Source: Caecitellus pseudoparvulus
Taxonomy: Eukaryota > Protista > Bigyra: Bicosoecida
Direction of reading: 5' to 3'
Assembly: GCA_965644315.1 (NCBI GenBank)
Contig: CBFFRQ010000069.1
Location: 992,001-1,056,000, forward strand
Length of the DNA: 64,000 nucleotides
The notes beneath the pieces were generated by a model that saw only the letters and a list, made by a program, of their open reading frames with translations, was not told where the DNA came from and did no database searches. Shown piece after piece: positions 44,606-56,600 of this stretch. Position numbers and translations under genes: made by a program. How positions within the stretch are numbered: position 1 is the first letter of the stretch; every line of letters begins with the position of its first letter.

Positions 44606-47600
44606 CTACACGAAGCGCACAGGTTCGTTTGCCTCGCCACGCGGCACGAGTTTGCCGATGACGGACACTTCTTGGCCGCTCGCAGCCAGGAGGTCTGCCA
44701 GGCCGGTGGCCGCCTCTGCTGCAGCCACCACCACCATGCCGACGCCCATGTTGAACGTACGAAACATCTCTGCCTCCTGCACGCTGCCAGCCACTTGAAG
44801 CCACTTGAACACGGGCGGAACCGGCCACGACCCCGTCTGAATCTCAGCAAGGAGGGTCGCAGGCAGAGCGCGGGGAAGGTTCTCGGGCAGCCCGCCGCCT
44901 GTGATGTGTGCCAGCCCCTTGATGCCTGCCCCCAGCGGCGATCGCAGGGCTGCCAAGACCGGCTTCACGTACAAGCGAGTGGGCGCCAGGAGGGCTTGCG
45001 CCAGTGTCGCGCCTTCTGGCGCTGACGTGGTGGCGAAGGGGCAGGGCGCGTGCCATGCCGCACCACAACTGTCCACGATGCTGCGTACGAGGGAGAAGCC
45101 ATTCGAGTGCACGCCGCTGGATGCCAGGCCCAGCAACACGTCACCAGGGCGCATTGCATCAGTCTTGGGCAGCAACCGCCCCCGCTCCACTGCCCCCACT
45201 GCAAAGCCGGCGATGTCGTACTCCCCAGGCCCGTACATTCCGGGCATCTCTGCCGTTTCGCCTCCCAGCAGTGCGCAGCCACTCTCGCGACACCCGGCTG
45301 CGACCCCTGCTACGACCGCCGCTGCATCGGTGGGGTCCAGGTGGCCAGTGGCAAAGTAGTCCAGAAAGAACAGCGGCTCGGCGCCCTGAGAAAGGATGTC
45401 GTTCACACACATGGCAACACCGTCGATGCCGATGGTGTCATGTACGCCTGCGATTCCAGCCACCGTCAGCTTTGTGCCTACACCGTCGGTGCCGCTCACG
45501 AGCAGAGGGTCAGAGTACCCAGCGGCAGCCAAGTCGAACACACCGCCGAAGCCTCCCACGCTGCCATCTGCGCCAGACCGCTGAGTACTCTTCACGAGTG
45601 GCTTGATCAAGTCCACCAGTGCTGCACCCGCCTCAATGTCCACACCTGCTGCTGCGTACGTCAGGCCTGCCTGTTTGGCGTCCAGGCAGGGCGGGTTGTG
45701 TGCAATTCCAGGTGGCAACGCTCCTGCTGGGAGGAGGGACAGCAGCTCTGCACTGAACTGGCCATCCCCCCTCTCCAAGATTGTCGTGAGAAGGGGAGAA
45801 CCATCTCCGAAGAGAAGGATGGCGTCAGCCAAGGCCTCCACTTCAGCCACCTGCACCCGCTGCTTCAGAGCGGCCGCGTCATCTCCCGGCAGCACCGGCA
45901 CTGTGCGCTGTGTGAGAATGGCGCCAGTGTCCACTCCCGTGTCCACAAAGTGCACCGTGCAGCCAGTCACGTGCTCCCCTGCGTCAAGCACAGCCTGGTG
46001 TACATCGCAGTCCATGCCGCCGCCAAACTTGGGCAGCAGGGACGGGTGCACATTCAATAGCCGCCACATGAAGCGGCGCACAAGAACTGGGCTGACGATG
46101 CGCATGAACCCGATGAGCAGGACGACGTCTACGTCAGCTGCTTCAAGCACGTCAGCCACCTCCGCGTCAAATGCCTCTCGGCTCTTGCCCTTGCTGGGAA
46201 TGACAGCCACCGGCAGTCCAGCTGCCTCTGCGTTCTGCACTATGCCGGCGCTGCTGCGATTGCTTATCACCTGCACGATGGCGGCCTTTCCATGTAGCAA
46301 GCAGCCAGGCTGCATCAACTTGGCCAGTTCCACCATGTCGCTTCCGTTCGTGCTGCCCAGCACGCCGACGCGAACAGGGCCGGGCTTCCTGTGCCACGCC
46401 AGATCAGCTGCAGCACGCAGGGAGCACGCGCCACCTGCCAAGGCAGCTCTGTGCCTGCGCAGTTCCTGGGCGATCGGCTTGCCCCCGATGTCTCGACGGA
46501 ACGTCATGCCCTCGAAGTGCACGCCCCGCAGGGTGTCGTAGCTGTGACGCACGGCGAGGGAGAGGGAGTCTCCGACACTGGTGGCTGCCAGAACGCGCCC
46601 CCCCGCCGTCACCAACTGCTCCCCATGCCACGCCGTGCCTGCATGGTGAATGGTGGAACAGCCCTTGGCGAGCGCTTCGGGGGGCGGCAGCGTGAGGGGC
46701 AGTCCTTTGGCGTATGCCGCAGGGTACCCCCTGCTTGCCGCCACCACCGTCGCCGCATGCTGACTGGCACCGCGCCAGTCAACTCCAGCGATGCGCACAC
46801 AACCAGCAGGGGGTGCGGTGATGCCGAGGAGTTGCGTTGCGAACGATAGCCCAGCAGAGGGCAGGGAGCCCTGAGTGGCGGCCAGCAGCACACGTGCAAA
46901 GTCCGTCTTCGGCGACAGCAGCGGCAGGACGACTTGAGTCTCTGGGTCGCCGAACCGGACGTTAAACTCCAGCACACTAATGCTGCGTGGCTGTCCATGC
47001 CCAGGACTGGGTCCCAGCATGAGGCCCGCAAACAGCACTCCCACGAAGGGGTGCCCCTCCTCCGCCATCCCGCGAACGGCAGGCAGCATCACGCGGTCCA
47101 CAATGGCCTGGTACGTGGCCCCGTCAACGAGAGGGGATGGCGCAATGGCGCCCATGCCGCCAGTGTTGGCCCCTTGATTGAACTCGTGGATGCGTTTGTG
47201 GTCTTGGACCGGCACCATGGGCAGGGCGTGCGCGCCGTCGCAGAGGGCGAAGAGAGACACCTCTTCCCCCTGCACATGCTCCTCCACCACGACCTCGGCC
47301 CCCGCGCTGCCGAACACGTCGCCACAGAGCATGGCTTTCACGGCTTCCACTGCGGCCTCTGGTGTCTCAGGCAGGAGCACGCCTTTGCCAGCAGCCAAGC
47401 CGCTGGCCTTGACCACCACCCGCCTGCTTTGCCGAGATGCGATGTATGCTTCTGCCGCACCCACGTCTCGGAACACGCCAAAAGGGGACGTAGGAATGCC
47501 GTGGCGCCGCATGAAGGCCTTGCTGAATGCCTTGGAGGTCTCCAACTGGGCGGCAGCTTGACTCGGCCCAAAGCAGGGGATGCCAGCGGCCAGCAGGGCG

Positions 47601-47961
47601 TCTGCGGAAATTGTTGCGGCAGCGCTGCATCCCCTGCATCTTGCACGAAAGCAGCGTGCAACGCACCAGAGAGTCCGTCAGCCAGTGGCTTCTCGGGTCC
47701 AATGACGACAAGGTGGACATTACGCTCTTTACAGAAGTCCAACACCGCGCCACTGCCCTCCAGCGCTACATTTTGCACGCTGCACTGCTCATTGGACAGA
47801 GCAGCAGTGCCGGGATTGCCAGGTGCCACGAACAGCTGCCGGACGCTGGGTGACGATGCCAAGGCACATGCAATTGCATGTTCTCGGCCTCCTCCTCCGA
47901 TGATGAGCACAGCCTGTGCTTCTGCCGCCTCAGCACCAGTGTGCTGTTCGAAGCTGCTCAT
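44606..47961 (-). CDS. GART: Trifunctional purine biosynthesis enzyme PurD(GARS)-PurN(GART)-PurM(AIRS)
   Basis: PurD: [42 protein letters not shown]. PurN: [22 protein letters not shown]. PurM: [43 protein letters not shown]. Intron 47602-47666. Confidence 0.96.
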
Positions 47962-48069
47962 GGCGACAGATTTGCTGAGGCGGCCTGAGGAGTGCCTTGG
48001 CAACCAGAGCATGCATTCACAAAACATGCGAGGAGATGGGGACACGATTTGACACGCAATAGGACACGT

Positions 48070-48112
48070 TGACGGTTTGACGGTTTGATGTGACGGTAAC
48101 GAGGGGGGGGGG
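48070..48112. repeat. Three TGACGGT copies followed by a G10 run upstream of the purine gene
   Basis: Sequence tgacggtt-tgacggtt-tgatg-tgacggtaacga-gggggggggg, about 110-150 bp upstream of ATG 47961. Confidence 0.6.
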
Positions 48113-48118
48113 AGGCTG

Positions 48119-49137
48119 TCAACCTAGGAGGTCGCTGAGCGCCGCTCCAGCCAGCATGGCCGCAAGCTCAGCGTCCTCCTGAGAGTACAGCCCACCCCAT
48201 GGCTGACCCATCCCAGCCAAGGCATCTGCTGCACTGCACTGCTCTGGGTGCTTGCGGCGGGCCTTGGCGCTGGGGCGGGCGCCCTCGCCAGACACAGAGT
48301 GGTCTGGGGAGGGCACAGTGTGAGCGCCAGTCCAGGGAGCAAGCGAACCTGCATCCTTCGAACTGGCATGTGGCGCTGGGCTGGACTGCTGTGCAGTCGG
48401 GCGCTTGGGACTGGAGCAGGCAGTGTCTGTGCTGGCTCCAAGGTCTTCGTCATCGTCGATGACGGTTGGGGTGTGCCTGAAGCGCCGTTTGGAGCCCCGG
48501 CGGGCACGCTTAAGGCGGCTGGAAACAGGGTGCACCATCCTGAGATATAGAGTGTGCAGTGCGCCAGGCTGGGGTGCTGAGGCAGGGTACGCAGCCGCGG
48601 AGCCTTGCTCCAGCCGCTCCATGATGCGGGCGGTGTACGGATGGGGATTCTGGGCCTTCAGAACACATGGTAGGGAAGCAGATGTAAACTTGCCGGTGTG
48701 TATGAAATCCACTAGCTGTGGGCCCAGTGCCAGCCCCTGTTGTGGGGGGAGAAAAAGTACAAGGGGTGCAGCATCGAGCCGGCGTCTCGGCTGAGTGCAC
48801 GTTGCGGCGCACCTGGCTTGGCTTCCTTCCTTTGGCTTCCAGACGCTCGATACGCTTAAGTTCGCGGGCTGACATGTCTGTGCCACACAAAACTATCTTA
48901 GTCCGCTTGGAGACATTGCGCTGTGGGAGGAGCGGGGCGAGTGCTGGGCGTGGCAGGTGGCGAAACTCTCGGGAAACGCACTGCGATGCCGAAGAAAGGC
49001 AGCTTCACTCGGAGCAGTGCCACCACCTGGGCTCGTGACAAGCCAGTGTCAAACGTGTTTCCCAGCAGGACAATGCGGTCCTGCACCTCCCCATGTGAGT
49101 CTGCCTCGTCCAGCGAGTCAGAACTGCTACTGTCCAT
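48119..49137 (-). CDS. Small protein with putative N-terminal BRCT domain, 3 exons
   Basis: Splicing 48921-48981 and 48737-48812 gives DRIVLLGNTFDTGLSRAQVVALLR...ARNVSKRTKIVLCG...RELKRI, resembling LigA/RFC1-type BRCT. A basic NLS-like stretch (KRARRGSKRRFR) follows. Confidence 0.55.
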
Positions 49138-49261
49138 GGTGGTGTGTGTGACACTGCTCCTATGCTTGTGCGCCTGCGGCAGTACATGCATTCTCAAGTT
49201 GAATCGGTGCCCGAGGGCTCTTGATTTGACCGTGCCCGGTAATGTGCGAGTGTCTCCTTCC

Positions 49262-51429
49262 TCAAGCGGACGCACTGCCGGCGCCGGGAGCCGCCGTCTC
49301 GCCAGCCGCACCTGACGTGGCAGTCTGCTGCGCCAAGTGCTCCTGCAGTTCGCGAGCATTCTGCAGCATGTCCAGGCGCTCTCCCAGAGTGCTCATGGGG
49401 TCCAGTTGCACCAGGGCGGTTCCAGCATCCCCCTCAGCCCCCACACGCGGGGGGACTGCCACGTTTACCTCCAGTTCAGCAGGCAGCTCCACGCACCCTC
49501 GAGCATTCACAGCGTGCAGCCCGGCCCCAGCTGTGCGATAGCAGAACTGCAGCTCCTCCTCAGAGAGCGCGGCGTCATCCGATGCGTCAAGGGTGCTGGT
49601 CAGGGGCACCGACACGCCCCCTGCGGATGCCAGAAAGCAGCCCATTCGCTCGGGGATGGAGGCACACACCTGCCCCACGACCAGCATGCAGCGTGTGAGC
49701 AGCAGTAGCTCCTCAGCACTTGGGCGGTCCGGCTTGCCGCTGCGCATGGTGGTGGCCATGGGGAATGACTGGCTGTCGGCGGGCCGCAGCTTCAGCGCCT
49801 CAGCAGCATCCAGGTCGTCAAACGGCATGTGCAAGGCCTCAGAGAACAGCATGGCCGTCTCCCGTGCGCCCCAGACGACTTCCCCTGGCTTGCGCTGCGC
49901 AGCTGCGCGTCTGCACTGCTTCTTGTGCTCTGGCCAGTGCTCGGCTTGGCACTCCTTGCTGCAATAATACGTGCGCCGACAGCGCACACAGCGCTTCATG
50001 CGCACACTGCTGTCTTGCCCCGACACATCACATGCAGGCCTGCCGCACACAAGGTCCATCGGGTGCGGGGTGGCTAGAGCAAGGACATCCTGGTCCACCA
50101 CAGCCACACCTCGCAGGGCAGCTTTGAGCTCGGCGATTTTCGCGAGGCGCCCGAAACGCACCATGCTGGCTCCAAACGCACCGCCGCTGGAGGACTCTCC
50201 CATCTCTGCCTCCGCTGCGCCAGGGCCTTCCTTCCACTTCCTCTCCTCGGCTTGCAGCTGCCGCAGCTGGGCCAGGCGCTCCGACATCTCCTTGTCCAAG
50301 TGCCCCACCAGGCGCTGCTCGGCATCCCACCGGCTCCAGAACAAGGACACGCCTCGCGTGCCGAACTGGGCGTCGAAGGGCCTCCCGCGCACGTCGCCTG
50401 GGCGGCTGCCGTGCACCCACGTGGGGGGGGCCTCTCCCCGCCGTGCGCCCATGCGCTGCTCCATGTCGGCGTCATCCCCCGTCCCCTGTGCCTCCATCTG
50501 CGCCTCCTCAGCGGTGCGGCCCATGACTGTCATCCACACTGTGCCAGCAGGCACGCGCACGCCAGCTAGGGTGGCTGGCTCAGCGAAGGTGATGCGGAAG
50601 GTCATGCGCTCAGGTGTGCCTCGCCAAGGCGTGTGCTGGAAAAACCACTGGGAGGTGGACCAGAACCTCGCGAAGATGCCCTTGGTCACGCCGTCGCCAC
50701 GCAGGAGGCCTGGGCGATTTGACGCGCCGGTGATGGTGGCGGCATCCACATCCACCAGTGTCTGGGAGTACTTCGCGGTCAGCGCCTCCAGCGCCTCCAG
50801 AGGCTTCCACACAGCACAGTCGATGCCAATGGAGGCGAGGGACTGATGACAGTGAGCTGCCTCCACGATGGTCGTGAACACCACCTTCTCGGGGCGGAAG
50901 GCGGGGCGGACGGGGGCTGGTGCGCCGGAGGATGCCAGCGCACTGGCGCTGGTGGGGTGCCGCATGTTCTCAAGCAGCCACTGCAGCTGGGAGCGTGGGT
51001 CGGGCAGGTGCTCGGAAGGGAAGAACATCTTGTAGGTGAGCACTTCCGTGGACGGGGACAGCTGCAGCAAGACGGTGAAGTACGGGCGCACAGGCGTGGG
51101 CTCTTGCTCTTCTGGCGTGGAGCTGGCTGCCGACCACACGCGCAACTTGCGAGTCGCCACCTGCCACACGATGCCGTCTTCCTTGGGAATTGTGAGCGCT
51201 GTGGACACCTCTTCAGATGAGAGGTAGTTCACATCCTTTGGCGAGCAGGGCACTGTGCACAGAGGGAGACAGCGGCGTGGACAGCATGAACCAGGCGCAG
51301 GCCGCGAAACTGGCACACACTGTCATTGCCTGGGAAGCGCGACTTGGGCTCTGCAGCCTCAGATGCTTCTTCTGCAGCAGCTATCGTCTCGAACTTGTCA
51401 TACTTCTCAGAGAGCGATGAAGCCGCCAT
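49262..51429 (-). CDS. MYND zinc-finger protein with uncharacterised flanking domains
   Basis: CGRPAC...KRCVRCRRTYYCSKECQAEHWPEHKKQC. Exon 1 MAASSLSEKYDKF, with a short intron at about 51253-51320. Confidence 0.85.
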
Positions 51430-51682
51430 GGTGCTGCGCGGTGCCGCAGTCCAACTTCCGCAGCCAGGCGCAGTCAATGTTGCCGGCTGTGCCAGCCAAA
51501 AACTCCACCCCACGACAAACACATAGCTGAGGCAATCGCTTCTTCATGGAACGCGCAGTGGCAATGTGAATTGTCTTGTCTGCTCCTTGGCCTCGCCTGG
51601 GCCGCTGTGCTGAGCGAGAATTCTACTGTGGCCGGCGCACCGGCAGGCGACTGCCAATCCTGGTGTCCTGTGCCTTCCTGCC

Positions 51683-53096
51683 ATGCAGGTGTCAGGACTC
51701 TTCGGCGGGTCGCTAGGGCGCAGCACGGCGCCGGGTATGATTGACACAACTGGGGTTCAAAAGGCTCTCGCGCACACGTTGCCTGCAGCCAACCTTGGCA
51801 GCTTGTTGTCTCGCGCTGTGGACTGGTGGTGCGGGGAACGAGGGGGGCACCCAACCTTCATCTCACCCAGATCGCCCTTGCAGCTGGAGCAGTTGGCTGT
51901 ACGCCCTGTGCTGCAGCGTGCCGCGCGAAACACCGCCCTGCAGTGAGTGAGCGTGCGGAATGTGCTCCGGGCAACGTGCAGCTCCCCCCCCTCACTGCTC
52001 GCCGCCCAGGACTGCGTATGATTTCTTGACCCAGCTGTTTTACTTTTCTCCTCTCTGGGCTGCAGCGGGCATCCTCGCAGTCATCCTGCACATGCGGCGC
52101 GGCGGCGCGTCAGGACGGCAGCAGGCTCTCGTGGCTCTGCTGCTCCTCCTGGCGCTGTACCACCCTGTACGGAACTGGCCCTGGCTGCGCCGGCACCCGC
52201 TGTGGAGGGTGGAGCTGCGCAAGTGGAACATCCACGTCATCGACGAACGCCTGGGCACCCCAGGTGACGCCTATGGACGGGCCTGGCTGCGCTGCCAGAA
52301 GGGGCTGCCTGCACGCCTGCCAGCAGGCGGCTGCAGTTCCCCCCGCGGGACCCTCTTTGCATTTGAACCCCACGCTGTGTTCCCCTTTGGCCCCGCATTG
52401 GGCGCCGTGCACCGCCTGGGGGACTACTTCCAGCAGTTCAGGGCGCTGGGTGCCAGTGTCGTGGGGTGGGTGCCCATCATCCGCTCGCTGGCTGGCGCAG
52501 GAGCTGGAATGGTGTCTGTGGACGCCGCCTCCATCCGGCGCCAGTGGCGCCGGCACCCCCAGCGAGCTTTGGCCATCGTGCCAGGTGGCATCGGGGAGAT
52601 GTTCTACGCAGACACGCCCCTGCGCACGGCGGATGGCAGGCCGCTGGAAGAGACGCTGCTGCTGGCGGGGCGCAAGGGGTTCATCCGGCTGGCGCTGGAG
52701 CAGGGCGCGGCCATCGTGCCGGTGTTTGTCTTCGGCTCCTCTGCCACTTTCAAGCTGTGGCCCAAGTGGGCATGGCTGCGGCAGCTGAGCAGGTCCATTG
52801 GCGTGTTCCTGGGCATTCCCTTTGGCGCGTGGGGCCTGCCCATCCCAATGGCACAGCCGTTGCTGTACGTCGTGGGGGAGGCACTTGACCCAGCCACCTT
52901 TATGGGTGCAGCAAAGCCCTCGGCAGGAAGCATGGGTGCGGGGTGTGGCTCTGCGGTGGCCTGTGCCCCTGCACGCACACCTTCGGCTGCTGAAGTGGAG
53001 CTTGCCCACGCCGCCTTCCTGCAGCGCCTGCGCGAAATGTTTGACAAGTACAAGGGCCTGTATGGTTGGGCCGAGGCACAGCTGCGCATTGTGTGA
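51683..53096 (+). CDS. Diacylglycerol/monoacylglycerol acyltransferase (DGAT2 family)
   Basis: FEPHAVFP, IVPGGIGEM, RKGFIRLALEQGAAIVPVFVFG, VVGEAL and LREMFDKYK. Intron about 51944-52009; start 51683 or 51737. Confidence 0.9.
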
Positions 53097-53607
53097 GGCA
53101 ACAGGTGCTGGAATGGCCTGTGCGAGGGTGTGATGCAGGCGTGAGCTTGCTTACGTTCTTGCCCCTTGGCCTCGTCGACGCTGCCGCCGCCTTCCTGCGT
53201 CGCCATGCACCGAGCAGAGGAATGGTGGCGGGGTCTGGACAAAGCCTAGCCCTTAGCCCACTCAGCCCTTCTCTCCATGTGGCGGGGCCAGCGCCCTGCG
53301 CAGTGCTGCTGCTGCCGCCAGCGCACGAAGCTTGACGGCGGAAAGGCAGCCCCCCCGCCCCTCCCTCCGCCGTGCCTGGGCAGTCAAGCATCGCCCTCCA
53401 TGTGACGTAGCAGCTCTCCACGAACACTTCACCAGCCGTGAACACACATCACACTGCACATCGTCATTGCAACCACACCTTCCTGCATGCACAACGAACT
53501 TGACCCGCCCCCTCCTCGCTCCCTGCTTTGACAGCGCGCGGCCAAGCACAGCCCGACTGTGGCACAGGCCGGCTGGGCAGCAGCAGGCGCAAGTCGAGGT
53601 CGTCGCA

Positions 53608-56600
53608 ATGTCCTTCCGTGCCCTGCTGAGGCTGTGGGAGGACGTAAACAACACCCCCTCAGGCACTTCTTGGACTCTCTATGGCAGCATTCTGTTCCTG
53701 CAGGCAGCCCAAGTGGTCGGCGCTGCGATTGCTGCCACCCACAGCTCGAGCCCCTGCCCAAGCACCGACGCGGTGTGCGGCCTGGCATCCGCTTTCGCTG
53801 ACCTGGGCTCCCCCGACCTCCGAGGCGCGAACGAGGTCACTCATGAGTTAGTTGATCGAGTGTTGAACCTCTTTGTGTCCTACCTTGGCGTCATCGCGAT
53901 CCTGCTCTTCCTCACGAAGGTGGCACTTGCAGTGTGAGTGCGCGGCCCCCACCGGGCAGCAACTGCACGCTTGCCTGCGCCGCTGGACAGCCTGTGCAGC
54001 GCCGCTAGCCACATCAAGCACATCCCCGTGCATTGCACACAGGTTTACCGCGTGTAGCGACAGTGCCTCCGCTCGGAGGCAAGGCAGCGTCAGCTCAGCG
54101 CTGCCCAGAATGGTGGCGGTCGCGCTGCAGGTAGCTGGCGCACTGCTCTTCCGTTTTGCAGCCGAGGCAGGGCACTTTGCAACCTACGTGGGCGGCGTTC
54201 GCACGGTCCTGTCCCTCCTCTTGTTGTCTGGCGTGCTGCCGTTCTGTGTGACGCTGGCGCTATCGGACGTCCATCACTTCTTCCCCACCACGCCTTCCGC
54301 GGCCCGTTTTGCCGGTACGTGCACGCTTCCCACTCCATAACATGGGCGAACCATCACCGGGCTCCACGCGGTGGCGACACTGGCAAGGCTTGCTCCCACT
54401 CCATTCGCTCTGGTCCTTCTCACAGGGCGCGGGGAGGCTCTTCGTCTATTGCTCAGTGCAGCAGGCGGTCTCGCTGTTGGCGTGTTGCTGGACCCAGCTT
54501 CCACCACACCTAGGGTCGGCGTCGGCGTCATCCTCACCGCTATTTCGACTCTGCAACTCTACATTGCCATCAGCTTGCAAGAACAGGTGCGTTCCCTGCC
54601 CGCCTTGCTTTCACCTTGCCTTGCTCAAGGCGCTGGGTAGCTTTCCTTGCGTCGCACAGCGACGATGCTGACATGGCCAGCTGATGTGCCGACATCAGCT
54701 CCTGCACTGCGCCTGCCTTGCCCTTCCACAGGTCCACCCGGCTGCAAATGCCCTCAAGGTGGCCATCCAAGCGCTGCAAGCATCTTTTTGCTTCTTGATC
54801 ACCCTGTTCATGCTGGCCTACCGCGACCAAGCAGGCCACCCGGCACCACTGCTTGCAACCTTCCTCCTGGCAGTGGCTACGGCGTGCATGGCATACTACG
54901 CCACCCTGGCGCGCCAGCAGGCCACGCTGGCCGCTGGCTGGAAGACCTGCCGCACCCCCGCCCAGCTCCTAGCATGGACATACCTCGCCAAGTATGCACC
55001 CGATGGCCCTCCCCAAGTTCGAGCCGCTGTGCGCAGTCTGTGGCTTGACGCAACTGCAGCTGCTAGCGAGGACGCTGCTGACACGAGCAAGGCGTCAGCA
55101 GCGTCGGAGTCAAGCTCAGAGCGAGCTTCACAGCAGGCCTTGCGAGGCCTCGCGGGGTCCTCGGCCCACCAGCGCTTCGTGGACATGAGTGAGGAGTTGG
55201 TCTTGCGGGCGCTGAAGTGGGGCCTGCAGCACTTCCATGACAGTGCTGCTATTCGCGTCGCGGTGGCATGCACGACGCTGGAACTGGTGCAGCGAGGCAG
55301 CGCCAGCACGGGGAACCAGGTGGCTGGCGGCGGGGCCGCTGTCATGGGCGTCTCCACCCCTGCCCTGGGCCACCTGCACGCCGCTGTGGGCAACATTGCC
55401 TGGTTTGAAACGGACTTGTGGATCCTCGCCCTGCGCTGCGCGTTGGGTACTCGGGCCCAGCTGGACGCCCAGGCTGCCCAGGGGCGAGGCAGCAGTGGGG
55501 CAGGCGGCCTGCGCAGCGGCATGCTGCATGGGCCAGTGCCAGGTCGGGACAGTGGCCACACTCAGGTCACTGTGTTCGATGGTGCCGCCTCCTCCGTACA
55601 CGGGGGCAGCACCGTGGTGTCCACTGACGCAGGGCGGACACAGGAGGAACCCACGTCACACCGGCGCATCCAGCCCACCAAGCTGCATGAGTTTCGCGAA
55701 GCCCTGCAGGCCGCGCTGCAGGCTGACGAAGAGGCCATGCGGCACTTGGGCGCCGTGTGGGCTGCGGCGCGTGACGCGACGGTGTCGTTGGACGTCATGG
55801 AGTGGACTGCCCGGCAGTATGCGGAGGCAGTGGCCGAGGCCAACCTGCGGTACGCTGCTGCCGTCAGCCGGAACCCGGAGTCCAGCATTGCGTACAGGTA
55901 CTATGGGGACTTTTTGTCCAGTGTCGTCGGCCTCAAGTCCGAGGCGGCGTTCTGCATGGACAGGGCAGACAGCCTGCAAACCGCTGCGGCACAACGGCAG
56001 CAGGCAGAGCAGTCCCTCAGCCTGCAAGACATGGTGCTGGGGCGTGTGCGCTCCGGTATCGTGCCACCCACAGATGAGGACGTGTCCGAGCCGCAACTGA
56101 CTCTGTCAGGTGACCCGGACAACGGCTTCCCCATCGTCTCTGCCAACGCAGCTGCAGCACGTCTGTTTGGGCGGCACCCGCAGGATGTCGTGGGGGCATC
56201 TGTCGGTGCCCTGTTCCCCCCTGCCATGGCGTCCTCCTTCCTGCAGGCTCTTGGGGAGGCTGTTGGTGGCATCACCCTCCTGGACCGGGACAGAGACAGC
56301 ACTTCCGGGCGCTCCTTGGGGGGTGTCCGCGTATCCCAGGCCTCCGTCAGCCTGGGGCGCCATCAAGTCTGGCTGGGGTGGAATGCCTCCAAGCGCTGCC
56401 TCGTCCCCATGCTCATGAGCGTCACAGAGCACTTCGCGACAGCCACTCGCGCTGGCCTCGGTCAGCTGACGCTGCCGCAGCTGCAGGTGTCGCTTCGAGA
56501 GGTCTCTGCCAGCTGCGCAGTGTTCCTTGTGGACTGTGCAGGGGCCAAGCGAGTGGGCGGCAGCGCAGGGGCAGCAGCCAGCGGCGGGCCACAGAGCAGG

